The position numbers were made by a program, and so were the translations under genes. A stretch of 32,000 nt of DNA from Pasteurella multocida (GTDB lineage: Bacteria > Pseudomonadota > Gammaproteobacteria > Enterobacterales > Pasteurellaceae), in assembly GCF_900187275.1 (NCBI RefSeq), contig NZ_LT906458.1, positions 630,001 to 662,000 of the forward strand. Direction: 5' to 3'. Shown here piece after piece: positions 7,448 to 16,033 of this stretch. Within the stretch, counting starts at the first letter, position 1, and every line of letters begins with the position of its first letter. A model generated the notes under the pieces. It searched no databases and had not been told where the DNA came from. It worked only from the letters and a program-made list of their open reading frames with translations.

Positions 7448-8449
7448 ATGAAATTAACCAAAATGGCGATTATGAAACTCGGCACACATAAAGCAATGGA
7501 TGGTCGAGAAATCTCATTTACGGCTGACATGCTCAATGATATTGCCGCAAGTTATGATCCTCAACTTTCAGAAGCCCCAATTGTCATCGGGCATCCGAAA
7601 TTAACAGCACCATCATACGGCTGGGTAAAACAAGCAAGTATTGAGGGCGATACCCTTTATGCACACGTCGGTCAAGTAGAAGCGGCTTTCGCTGATGCTG
7701 TTAATGAGGGGCGTTATAAAAAACGCAGTGCTTCAATCTTTTTGCCTGACTCACCTGGCAATCCTAAACCTGGTCATTATTACTTAAATCATATCGGTTT
7801 TTTAGGCGCCGCCCCACCTGCTGTAAAAGGATTGGGGGATGTGAATTTTGCCGCAAGTGATGCGGAAAATGCCTTTGCCGAATTTTCATTTGATATTGAA
7901 TCCATCAACCATCAACCACAGGAGAAACCCATGGATAAAACCCCAGAAGAAATTGCAGCAGAAAAAGCGGCTGCAGATAAACAGCGTGAAGATGAGCTTA
8001 AAGCGCGTGAAGCGGCACTTAAAGCGCGTGAGGATAAAGTCGAACAAGCTGAAAAAGAGCAAAAGCAAGCCGCAAAAGCCGCGCTTGAACAAGATGCCGC
8101 AAGCTTTGCTTCAGAAATGGTTAGTAAAGGCAAAGTGTTACCCGCGCAAAAGCAAGCGTTAATTGAAGTACTCGTGGCAAATGCTAATCAGCCTATTTCA
8201 TTCTCAGATGGCTCTCAAACTGTTTCTAAATCATCTGTTGATGTCATTAAAGAAATTATCTCGCAAAAGCCTATGGACTTCTCGGCTAAATCTGATCATG
8301 AAGGCGAAGAACAAGGTGCAGTTGATTTTGCGGATGGCGCGTCTATTGCAAATGCTGCCAGTGAATATGCGGCAGAGCAAGCACAAAAAGGTATCGTCAT
8401 TAGTATGACCGAGGCTGTTAATCACATTATGAAAGGGAAAAAATCATGA
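7448..8449 (+). CDS. Mu gpI/gp32-like prohead protease with C-terminal scaffold
   Basis: 333 aa; KLGTHKAMDGREISFTADMLNDIAASYDPQLSEAPIVIGHPKLTAPSYGWVKQASIEGDTL...HIGFLGAAPPAVKGL is typical of the Mu-type protease; the C-terminal half is charged coiled coil. Confidence 0.88.
   Translation: MKLTKMAIMKLGTHKAMDGREISFTADMLNDIAASYDPQLSEAPIVIGHPKLTAPSYGWVKQASIEGDTLYAHVGQVEAAFADAVNEGRYKKRSASIFLPDSPGNPKPGHYYLNHIGFLGAAPPAVKGLGDVNFAASDAENAFAEFSFDIESINHQPQEKPMDKTPEEIAAEKAAADKQREDELKAREAALKAREDKVEQAEKEQKQAAKAALEQDAASFASEMVSKGKVLPAQKQALIEVLVANANQPISFSDGSQTVSKSSVDVIKEIISQKPMDFSAKSDHEGEEQGAVDFADGASIANAASEYAAEQAQKGIVISMTEAVNHIMKGKKS
7931..8449 (+). CDS. Candidate scaffold protein (Z-like) from an internal in-frame start of the protease gene
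   Basis: In-frame ATG at 7931 (MDKTPEEIAAEKAAADKQREDELK...) preceded by AGGAG-like CAGGAGAAACCC; the same arrangement is known for Mu I/Z and lambda C/Nu3. Confidence 0.55.
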   Translation: MDKTPEEIAAEKAAADKQREDELKAREAALKAREDKVEQAEKEQKQAAKAALEQDAASFASEMVSKGKVLPAQKQALIEVLVANANQPISFSDGSQTVSKSSVDVIKEIISQKPMDFSAKSDHEGEEQGAVDFADGASIANAASEYAAEQAQKGIVISMTEAVNHIMKGKKS

Positions 8450-8811
8450 CACAAATTCAAGGTTTAATCGTGGCATATGTCACTGAAGGCAGTGTTAATC
8501 GCTTTACTATCGTTTGTCATGGTGAAGCGAAAGACAGTGCTAAACAAGCAACGGCACACACAGATAAGTTACTCGGGGTGTCCACACGACTACCAAAAGA
8601 ACCTGGTGAGCATATTGATGTTGTGCGTTCTGGTATCACCCCAGTTGTCTACGGCGATACTGTGAAACGTGGTGATTTTGTTACAGCAGATAGCCAAGGA
8701 CGCGCGGTTAAAGCTACCAGTGGTCAAGCTTATATCGGTATCGCGGAAGAAGATGGTGTAGAGGATGACTTAGGCAGTATTTTAGTCACAAACGGTGTAT
8801 TCACTGGCTAA
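8446..8811 (+). CDS. Small capsid decoration/DUF2190-like protein
   Basis: 121 aa between scaffold and major capsid genes; AKDSAKQATAHTDKLLGVSTRL...EHIDVVRSGITPVVYGDTVKRGDFVTADSQGRAVKA. Confidence 0.65.
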   Translation: MTQIQGLIVAYVTEGSVNRFTIVCHGEAKDSAKQATAHTDKLLGVSTRLPKEPGEHIDVVRSGITPVVYGDTVKRGDFVTADSQGRAVKATSGQAYIGIAEEDGVEDDLGSILVTNGVFTG

Positions 8812-8871
8812 CTCGAAATGACTTAGTTTGAATGAAACAACATTTCACTCTTTGAAAAAAGGATAGAACAT

Positions 8872-9795
8872 ATGAAAGCAGATTTTCCAACAAATCCAGT
8901 ATTGACGGCAATTGCGATTGCATATCGCAACCGTCGCATGATTGCAGATCAAGTTTTACCGCGTGTTGCTGTCGGTAAACAGGAATTTAAATATAAAGAA
9001 CATAATCTTGGCGATCAGTTTACATTACCCAAAACACATGTTGGTCGCACATCACGTCCAAATCAAGTTGAATTTGGCTCAAAAGAGAAAGCCAGTGCGA
9101 CAGAGGATTATGCATTAGATGCCCCAATCCCAAATGTGGATGTTAAAAATGCACCTCAAGGCACTAATCCAAAAGGTAAAGCAACGGAATACACAACGAA
9201 TCTTATCGAGTTAGATCGTGAAGTACGCACGGCAGGTCTTGTGTTTAAAAAAGGGTCGTATGCCTCTGGCTTAAGTAAAACATTAAGCGGTGCAGAACAA
9301 TGGTCGCATGATGATTCCAAGCCAATTATTCAATTAACTGAAGCGCTCGACATTCCAGTGATGCGTCCAAACATCATGATTCTTGGGCAAAAAGCGGCAA
9401 CAGCATTGCGTATGAATAAAAGCATCGTGAAAGCTTATAACGGTACGCTCGGTGATGAAGGTTTGGTACCACTTGAGTTTATTCGTGAGCTATTAGAACT
9501 TGAACAAATTCTTGTTGGTCAAGCATTAGTTAATACCGTTAATGCGAACAAAAAACCTGTACTTGCACGTGCGTGGGGCAATCACTGCTCATTGATTTAC
9601 CGTGATTCGCTGGCTGATGCAACCAATGGCATTACTTTTGGTTTTACAGCGCAATTTGGTACGCGTGAAGTGCGAGAAATTGAAGATAAAGACATGGGGT
9701 ATCGTGGTGGTGTCCGTGTGCGTGTTGGTGAGTCTGTTAAAGAACTTATCACTGCACCAGATCTCGGATATTTCTTTGAAAACGTTATCGCATAA
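8872..9795 (+). CDS. Major capsid protein
   Basis: 307 aa; LTAIAIAYRNRRMIADQVLPRVAVGKQEFKYKEHNLGDQFTLPKTHVGR... directly after the decoration protein. Confidence 0.8.
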   Translation: MKADFPTNPVLTAIAIAYRNRRMIADQVLPRVAVGKQEFKYKEHNLGDQFTLPKTHVGRTSRPNQVEFGSKEKASATEDYALDAPIPNVDVKNAPQGTNPKGKATEYTTNLIELDREVRTAGLVFKKGSYASGLSKTLSGAEQWSHDDSKPIIQLTEALDIPVMRPNIMILGQKAATALRMNKSIVKAYNGTLGDEGLVPLEFIRELLELEQILVGQALVNTVNANKKPVLARAWGNHCSLIYRDSLADATNGITFGFTAQFGTREVREIEDKDMGYRGGVRVRVGESVKELITAPDLGYFFENVIA

Positions 9796-9804
9796 GGTCG
9801 CCAC

Positions 9805-10311
9805 ATGTATATCACACTGCAACAATTAAGCGAAAAACCGGGTGTTGTTGAGTTAGCACAAGTCACTGCGCAGGTGGGGCAACCCCCTGCCGACTGGCGT
9901 ATTATCAGCAAAATCATTGATGGCGAAGATGTTGCGAGTGAACAACCTGCGGCAGTTGAAAAAGCGCAGCAGTCAATCGCCCGTATCGACGAAGTGATTG
10001 TAGACTCCAGCGCGTTAATTGACGGTTATTTGCGTCAACGTGGCTATAAGCTACCGTTTAAGCAAGTACCACGCATTTTAACCACGTGGGCGCGCGCCAT
10101 TGTTCGCTACTCTCTTCATCAGCATTTGCCCTCTGAAGAGAAAAATAGCCCGATTGTGCGTGACTATCGTGATGCCTTGAAATTGTTGCAGCTAGTTGCA
10201 GAAGGTAAGTTTTCGCTTGGGCTTGAAGATACGCTAGCGGAGTCTTCTGGTGAACCCAAATTTATCAAACGCGAACGTGTTTTCACGGCAGAAACACTGA
10301 GGGATTACTAA
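9805..10311 (+). CDS. Mu gp36-like head-tail joining protein (DUF1320 family)
   Basis: MYITLQQLSEKPGVVELAQVT...AIVRYSLHQ.....PIVRDYRDALKLLQLVAEGKFSLGL; DUF1320 pattern and synteny. Confidence 0.8.
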   Translation: MYITLQQLSEKPGVVELAQVTAQVGQPPADWRIISKIIDGEDVASEQPAAVEKAQQSIARIDEVIVDSSALIDGYLRQRGYKLPFKQVPRILTTWARAIVRYSLHQHLPSEEKNSPIVRDYRDALKLLQLVAEGKFSLGLEDTLAESSGEPKFIKRERVFTAETLRDY

Positions 10312-10757
10312 TGCAATATGGACCGTTTGACTTAAAGCATGTGCTTGAGCAACTCAAGCCATTACAACCAGAACATATTCACACTTTAGGTTCTACCGCG
10401 GAATATCGTTCTCTTTCTGAGTTAAGTATGGCGGGGTTGGCAACCCCCGCTGTCTTTGTTGTACCAAATGGTGAGGTCGGTCATCAAAATGACATTGCGG
10501 TACGTCAAATGGTCACCGTGAGTTTTTCTGTCATTGTTATTGTGCAGTCGTATCAATACAGCAACGAAACGCCACATTTTAATGTTAGCAACCCTGTTAT
10601 TGGCAAAATCCGCGAGCGGCTGATGGGCTGGGTGCCACCGGTGAAAGGTGCAAAAGAAACTTTCTTTGTACGCGGTGACATTGTTGATTACACCAATTCT
10701 TATCTAGTCTGGATGGAAACATACCAAACTAAAATCATCATGGGGAGAAATAGATGA
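10311..10757 (+). CDS. Mu gp37-like protein (DUF1834 family)
   Basis: 148 aa, PAVFVVPNGEVGHQNDIAVRQMVTVSFSVIVIV...; overlaps gp36-like stop; synteny. Confidence 0.65.
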   Translation: MQYGPFDLKHVLEQLKPLQPEHIHTLGSTAEYRSLSELSMAGLATPAVFVVPNGEVGHQNDIAVRQMVTVSFSVIVIVQSYQYSNETPHFNVSNPVIGKIRERLMGWVPPVKGAKETFFVRGDIVDYTNSYLVWMETYQTKIIMGRNR

Positions 10758-11014
10758 AAAAAGTCAAGTTAATTAAATCGCATATTCATGCAGGTGTGAG
10801 CCACTCTGCGGGGGATGTGCTTTATGTCACTGATGCAGATGCACAATTTATCACATCTCGTGGTATTGGTGAGTTTGTCAAGAAGAAAAAAGATGACAGT
10901 AAAGAGAAGGATAAAAAATCCACATCTGAAAGTGATCAAAAACAAGCCGAGGGTGATAACAAATCACTTGATACAGATAACAACTTAAATGATGGAGAAA
11001 ATAACGATGAGTAG
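10754..11014 (+). CDS. Hypothetical phage protein with acidic/lysine-rich tail
   Basis: 86 aa, ATGA overlap with the upstream gene; MKKVKLIKSHIHAGVSHSAGDVLYVTDADAQFIT. Confidence 0.6.
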   Translation: MKKVKLIKSHIHAGVSHSAGDVLYVTDADAQFITSRGIGEFVKKKKDDSKEKDKKSTSESDQKQAEGDNKSLDTDNNLNDGENNDE

Positions 11015-11753
11015 AGCGGAAACATACAGCTATGGTCAGGGTAAAGTCTACCTTGCAGAGCGTTTGCCAAGCGGTGAAATTGGTGCGCAACGCTGGGTAG
11101 GTGATGTGTCTGAATTGAGCATCTCGTTAAACGTCGAAGATTTAACGCATAAAGAATCTTACAGTGGTAATCGTCAAGAAGTACGTAAAATCATCACGGC
11201 GAAAACGGGTGAAGTGTCAGCGAAGTTTCATGAGTTAAGTGCGGAAAATCTTTCATTAGCATTGCTTGGTCAGTCGACAAAAATTGAAGCGAGTTCAGTC
11301 TCTGGTGAAAAATTACCGGAAGAAATCAAAAAAGGTGATCGCATTGCACTCGCGCATCAAAACGTCAGCTCAGTGACAATTGGTAGTTTAGTTGAAAACA
11401 CCGATTTCATTGTTGATGCAACATTCGGCGCGGTCGAATTTTTAAAAGAAATTAGCAGCAACAGTGACACAGTATCGTACAGCTATGGTGAAGTGTTAAA
11501 TGTCGCGTTGCTCACTGAAAACCCGAAAGACTTGTTCTTGCGTTTCGAGGGTGTGAACTTAGCTGAAGATAACGAATGGACGCTAGTTGAGCTGTATAAA
11601 GTGAACTTTAATCCGACAGATGCGCTTTCGCTTATCAATAGCGGAAATGAACTTGATGCATTAAATGCTAAAGCGAAGATTTTAGCGGATACAACAAAAA
11701 CAGGCGATAAAACGCTCGGTCGCTTTGGTCGTGTCGTTAAAATCACCAAGTAA
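11007..11753 (+). CDS. Major tail (tube) protein, siphovirus type
   Basis: GQGKVYLAER...SELSISLNVEDLTHKESYSGNRQEVRKIITAKTGEVSAKFHELSAENLSLALLG; GGAG Shine-Dalgarno upstream of ATG 11007 (track start 10989). Confidence 0.75.
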   Translation: MSRAETYSYGQGKVYLAERLPSGEIGAQRWVGDVSELSISLNVEDLTHKESYSGNRQEVRKIITAKTGEVSAKFHELSAENLSLALLGQSTKIEASSVSGEKLPEEIKKGDRIALAHQNVSSVTIGSLVENTDFIVDATFGAVEFLKEISSNSDTVSYSYGEVLNVALLTENPKDLFLRFEGVNLAEDNEWTLVELYKVNFNPTDALSLINSGNELDALNAKAKILADTTKTGDKTLGRFGRVVKITK

Positions 11754-11759
11754 TTAACA

Positions 11760-11787
11760 CTCTCGGCAACGTGCCGAGAGCTGTTTT
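11760..11787 (+). terminator. Hairpin/terminator-like element after the tail tube gene
   Basis: CTCTCGGCA-ACG-TGCCGAGAG (11760-11768/11772-11780), then CTGTTTT. Confidence 0.6.
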
Positions 11788-11813
11788 AAATCACATTTAA
11801 ATGAGTTTTAAAA

Positions 11814-12239
11814 ATGACAAAAACAGTAAAAGACGAGCTTAATATTTTGTTTCCAAACGCCAAAATTAATATTGCTGGCGTGGAAGTTGAAGTTAAAGAA
11901 TACACGCTACTGCAGCAGCTACAACATCATGAAAAATTAATGCCATTTATTCACGTATTACGCAATGCAATGGCAGACAAAAAGAGCTTTAATCTTGACA
12001 AGCTCATGGATTGTATCAGCGCGCATTATCAAGCTGTACTTGAGCTGGTCGCACTATCAACGGATCAGAGCGTTGAGTTTATTCAAAATTTAAAAGGCGA
12101 AGATGCAGAATCTTTATTAATGCTTTGGTGGACAGTAAACAGCGATTTTTTTACCCGCAAGGTGTTACAGCCGACACTAGAAAAAATGGCGATGAAGCAA
12201 GTCGAGACATTGACTTCGGCGAGCTCATCGAGCACTTAA
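11814..12239 (+). CDS. Tail assembly chaperone (G-like)
   Basis: 141 aa, located between the tail tube and tape measure genes and overlapped by a -1 frame ORF. Confidence 0.65.
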   Translation: MTKTVKDELNILFPNAKINIAGVEVEVKEYTLLQQLQHHEKLMPFIHVLRNAMADKKSFNLDKLMDCISAHYQAVLELVALSTDQSVEFIQNLKGEDAESLLMLWWTVNSDFFTRKVLQPTLEKMAMKQVETLTSASSSST

Positions 12240-12418
12240 TCGCAAACGGTCATCGTTTTTCAGACGTTAAACACTATACCACACGTCAAATTGCCCTTTT
12301 CTATGAAAAGTCATTGCAACGTGAACGCAGAGCACGTGCGGGCAGAACAATGGATACCTGCTATGGCGTAAACGGTGGGAAAGAAATTCAGGACTATATA
12401 ACCCAATTGACCGCTTGA
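12125..12418 (+). CDS. Overlapping -1 frame ORF, candidate T part of a frameshifted G-T tail chaperone
   Basis: Frame is -1 relative to 11814..12239 and has no convincing ribosome-binding site of its own; candidate slippery heptamer T TTT TTT at 12146-12152 in the overlap. Confidence 0.6.
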   Translation: MVDSKQRFFYPQGVTADTRKNGDEASRDIDFGELIEHLIANGHRFSDVKHYTTRQIALFYEKSLQRERRARAGRTMDTCYGVNGGKEIQDYITQLTA

Positions 12419-12433
12419 GAGCGGTCAATTTTT
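12405..12433. terminator. Bidirectional intrinsic terminator
   Basis: AATTGACCGCT (12405-12415), loop TGAG, AGCGGTCAATT (12420-12430), T-run to 12433; perfect 11-bp stem between convergent ORFs. Confidence 0.75.
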
Positions 12434-12448
12434 AAAGTGGGCTATGGA

Positions 12449-12664
12449 CTATATTGCGGCAAATAAAATGGCGAGCAAGGCAACTAAAGGCTCTCTAATA
12501 ATAAACGCGATAATGCCCATCACGGCGATGAGAAACAAGCTTAAAAGAAGGGCTTGAAATGCAGTCAAGACACCGAATAGCGCAAGCAAAAAGCTGATAG
12601 ATAACGGCAGTGTCATAATAACAGTCACTATTAGCTCAATATAAGCATCATATTTTTTATTCAT
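12449..12664 (-). CDS. Small hydrophobic (multi-TM) protein encoded antisense to the late operon; moron candidate
   Basis: MNKKYDAYIELIVTVIMTLPLSISFLLALFGVLTAFQALLLSLFLIAVMGIIAFIIREPLVALLAILFAAI; strong SD AGGAG upstream of ATG; fills an otherwise non-coding gap and abuts the bidirectional terminator. Confidence 0.65.
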   Translation of the reverse strand: MNKKYDAYIELIVTVIMTLPLSISFLLALFGVLTAFQALLLSLFLIAVMGIIAFIIREPLVALLAILFAAI

Positions 12665-12676
12665 ATAAGAGCTCCT

Positions 12677-15600
12677 ATGTCAAATTTAACACTTGCATTA
12701 AAAATTAAAGCAGATTTAAACAATGCGTTGCACAATTTTAAAGCACTTGAAGCCGAATTACAACGCACGGGTAAATCAGCGGGCGCACTGGGTGCTAAAA
12801 GCGGAATTGGCGCAAAAGGGCTTGATGCGCTTGGTAAACAAGCCGATAACGTCACAAATAAACTGGGTAAAACCCGTGCAGGCATTGAGTCTATCAGTCG
12901 TCAATTATCCCGTTTGCAACAACTTTCCACTGCTTTTATCGGTATTAATCTCGGTACAAGTGGCATTCAGTCGCTTTTAAACACAGCAGATGCATACAAT
13001 AACTATGAAGCGCGTATTCGTCTGGTTTCGCGTTCAAATAAAGATGCACAGGGCACGTTTCGTGAACTCATGCAAGTAGCAAATGATACAGGTCAACTGT
13101 TTGAAGCAACCGCCGAGCTTTATACGCGCGTTTATCGAAGCATGGGCAGTAATGCCAATAGTGCGGAAATTCTTCAATTCACTAAAACTATTCAACAAGC
13201 ACTCGTCGTCTCGGGTGCGGGCGCACAAGAAGCCAAAGCGGCATTAATCCAGCTATCGCAAGGTTTAGCCTCAGGGACATTGCGCGGTGAAGAGTTTAAC
13301 TCGGTTGCCGAACAAGCCCCTGTCATTCTTGAAATCTTGCAGAAATCACTGGGTAAAACGCGCGGTGAACTTAGAAAAATGGCAGAAGACGGTGAGCTGA
13401 CTCCACAACTTATTTTAGCTGCGACAAAAGAAGCGCAAGAGCAAATTCAAGCGCAATACGATCAGATGCCCAAAACCATTAGCCGTGCGGTCAATGAGCT
13501 TTCTAACGCATGGCTACAATTTATCGGTCAGGCGGATAACGCAACATCTGCTTCATCACTGATTGCCTCGTCAATATCTGCACTAGCAGATAGCTTAGAT
13601 GAACTCGGTGCAATCGCTATTGTAGCGGGCGCAGTATTTGGTGTACGACTTCTTGCATCATTAAGAAAAGTGGCTATTGCGTATGTTCAAGAACAAGCTG
13701 CCGCAACAAAAAGCACGCTTGCAACAAGGGCGAAAGCACAAATTGATGTCATGGCAGCAAGATCTGCACATATTGCGGCAGTCAAAGAGCTTGAGCTGGC
13801 GCGAGCAAAAGACGCTGGTTACGCCTCATCAAAACGTTTAACACTGGCAATGCAAACAGAAGAAGCCGCAAGTAAACGGCTTGCACTGGCTAAAGGCATG
13901 CTCGCAAAAGCCGAAGCATCAGCAAAAGGCGTGGGATTGGCATCGCGTATCGGCTCAGGTGCGCTGGCATTTGTTGGCGGTGGTTTTGGTGCGGCTGTGT
14001 TAGCAACATTCGGCTTAATCGCGGCTTATCAATATCTCAAAGCAAAAGAAGAGGAATTAGAGGCGCAATACAATCAGACACTCTCGTCTATTCAATCACA
14101 CATTGACAAGACAGAAGAGCTCATTGAGTCACGTCAAAGACTCGGTGAAATCGGTGGTTTTTCAGACAGAATGGCACAACTAGAGAGCAATAAAAAAGCA
14201 CTGGATGATGCCAAAAAAGAGCTTGAGTTACTCAAAGCAAAACGTGCTGAAATACAAGAAATCAATCAAATCAGCGGGTTTGGATTTGCAGACACATCTA
14301 AGCTTGAAGAATACAACAAGAAAATTCAAGAGCTTGAGAATCAAGCTAACAAGCTCACAACTAACACAAAAAATCTCAGTGAAATCACTGAGTCACAGCT
14401 TAACGCTGCATTTGATGCAGCCATAGAGCACGGCGGTGCATTGGCTGAAAAGCTAAGAGAAATCGGTGACGCAAATGCAAAAGAAGCTATCGAATTATTA
14501 ACGCCCGTCATTAAAGATGCTGAAGAGCAAATGAAATCGGCAAGCTCAGAGCTTGACGAAATCAATGTCAAACTCGGTAAGGAGCTGGTGAATGTCACGC
14601 AAACGGCGAAAGAGCAATTGCTTTCACTCGGTGAAAAATTCATGGCAATGGCACGTGATGCGGGTTTAAGCGGACAGGTGCTTGATACATTCAATAAAAA
14701 ACTTGCGGAAAACTTAAAACTCATTGATGAGATTGATAATGCAAAAATCGCAAAAGATAACGAAAAGTTTTTTGGTGATCTAAGTAAACGTGCACGTCAA
14801 GCAAAAATGACAACAGAAGAGCGTTTAGTTGATGATATCAATCACAGAGAGGGAGCGACGCCAGAACAGATTGCACAAGCTCTTAAAGACGCAAAAGCGA
14901 TTGCAGAAGGTGAAAAATACCGTAAGTCAAAAAACAAAAAGACAAAGTATGACGCTGATGCCAAAAACCTTGAACTGAATATTCAATACTTGCGCTTAAC
15001 AGGGCAAGAAGTCAAAGCCAATTTAACTGACATCGAGGGACGTTATAACAAGTTGCTTGCCGAGTTTCAAAAGGCAGGGAACGTGGAAGGGATTAATTTA
15101 ATTAAAAAAGTGCTGCCGCTTGAGCAAGCAAAAGTGCAAATTGATGGTGTGCAGGCTGAAATCAATCGTCTGTTTCAAAATCAAAGCGCACAAGAACAGC
15201 GCATTCAATCCCAAGTAAACACAGGGCTTATCTCACATCTTGAGGGGCAACGACAGCTTAAAGAAGTCTATGCACAAACGGTGACCGAGATTGAAAAACA
15301 ATTGCCACTACTAGAGAAACTCTCAAAAATGCCCGGCGCGCAAGGTGAGCAAGCGCGCAATATGCTTGAGCAAATGAAGTTAAAAATTGTTGAGTTAAAA
15401 AGTGCGGGCAATGACTTGGAAAAAGCGTTCAAAGACGGGCTGACACAAGGCATTCAAAGTTCACTGATGGGGCTTGCACAGGGCACCATGACGTTACGTG
15501 ATGCCATTAAAAATCTCGCATTAACGATTGTGAATTCCATGGCGCAAATCGCCGCACAACAGCTTGCAATGCAGGCAACCAGTGCAATCGGTGGCTTATT

Positions 15601-16024
15601 TGGCGCGGTCGGGGGCGTGGTGACTGCGGCAACTGGGGGTTATATCACAGGACCAGGCACTGGCACGTCCGACTCTATCCCCGCACGACTGTCAAATGGT
15701 GAATACGTGATTCGTGCAGCTTCTGTATCACGCTACGGGGTGGATTTCTTGCATGCAATTAACCGCGGACAACTGCGTAAATACAGTACCGGCGGGCTTG
15801 TCTCTATGCCGAAAGTGTCCACAGGCAAAGAGCCGGGCTTGACGCAAGCGATGCAAAATAACACGGGTGTGCACGCGGTGGCGTCACCCGTGCATATTCA
15901 ACAAACCTTGGCAGTTGACAGTGCAGAGCTTTTTACTGCAGGTATTAATACGTATGACGGCGAACAAGCGGTATTGACGGTCATTCGCGCGAACAAACAA
16001 ACAATTAAAGAAGAATTGAAATAA
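12677..16024 (+). CDS. Tail tape measure protein (TMP)
   Basis: 1115 aa; LNNALHNFKALEAELQRTGKSAG...TFRELMQVANDTGQLFEATAELYTRVYRSMGSN...; C-terminal TGPGTGTSDSIPARLSNGEYVIRAASVSRYG. Confidence 0.95.
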   Translation: MSNLTLALKIKADLNNALHNFKALEAELQRTGKSAGALGAKSGIGAKGLDALGKQADNVTNKLGKTRAGIESISRQLSRLQQLSTAFIGINLGTSGIQSLLNTADAYNNYEARIRLVSRSNKDAQGTFRELMQVANDTGQLFEATAELYTRVYRSMGSNANSAEILQFTKTIQQALVVSGAGAQEAKAALIQLSQGLASGTLRGEEFNSVAEQAPVILEILQKSLGKTRGELRKMAEDGELTPQLILAATKEAQEQIQAQYDQMPKTISRAVNELSNAWLQFIGQADNATSASSLIASSISALADSLDELGAIAIVAGAVFGVRLLASLRKVAIAYVQEQAAATKSTLATRAKAQIDVMAARSAHIAAVKELELARAKDAGYASSKRLTLAMQTEEAASKRLALAKGMLAKAEASAKGVGLASRIGSGALAFVGGGFGAAVLATFGLIAAYQYLKAKEEELEAQYNQTLSSIQSHIDKTEELIESRQRLGEIGGFSDRMAQLESNKKALDDAKKELELLKAKRAEIQEINQISGFGFADTSKLEEYNKKIQELENQANKLTTNTKNLSEITESQLNAAFDAAIEHGGALAEKLREIGDANAKEAIELLTPVIKDAEEQMKSASSELDEINVKLGKELVNVTQTAKEQLLSLGEKFMAMARDAGLSGQVLDTFNKKLAENLKLIDEIDNAKIAKDNEKFFGDLSKRARQAKMTTEERLVDDINHREGATPEQIAQALKDAKAIAEGEKYRKSKNKKTKYDADAKNLELNIQYLRLTGQEVKANLTDIEGRYNKLLAEFQKAGNVEGINLIKKVLPLEQAKVQIDGVQAEINRLFQNQSAQEQRIQSQVNTGLISHLEGQRQLKEVYAQTVTEIEKQLPLLEKLSKMPGAQGEQARNMLEQMKLKIVELKSAGNDLEKAFKDGLTQGIQSSLMGLAQGTMTLRDAIKNLALTIVNSMAQIAAQQLAMQATSAIGGLFGAVGGVVTAATGGYITGPGTGTSDSIPARLSNGEYVIRAASVSRYGVDFLHAINRGQLRKYSTGGLVSMPKVSTGKEPGLTQAMQNNTGVHAVASPVHIQQTLAVDSAELFTAGINTYDGEQAVLTVIRANKQTIKEELK

Positions 16025-16033
16025 GAGGTAAAC

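Noticed and set aside
7848-8408. Two plus-strand alternate-frame ORFs (104 and 81 aa) inside the protease/scaffold gene, and antisense ORFs 7886-8133
   Set aside because: The scaffold region is lysine/glutamate/alanine-rich and A-rich, which opens alternate frames; Lys/Ser/Gln-rich products look non-coding.
12449-12676. Strong promoter for the antisense membrane-protein ORF or for the tape measure gene
   Set aside because: Only weak matches found (for example TTGTTT-17-TAATGC on minus); not listed as a feature.
14341-14724. 127-aa minus-strand ORF inside the tape measure gene (and similar shadow ORFs at 15268-15453, 13034-13228)
   Set aside because: Entirely antisense to a well-supported coding sequence, low-complexity Ser/Ala/Phe composition typical of reverse-frame shadows, no SD or terminator evidence.
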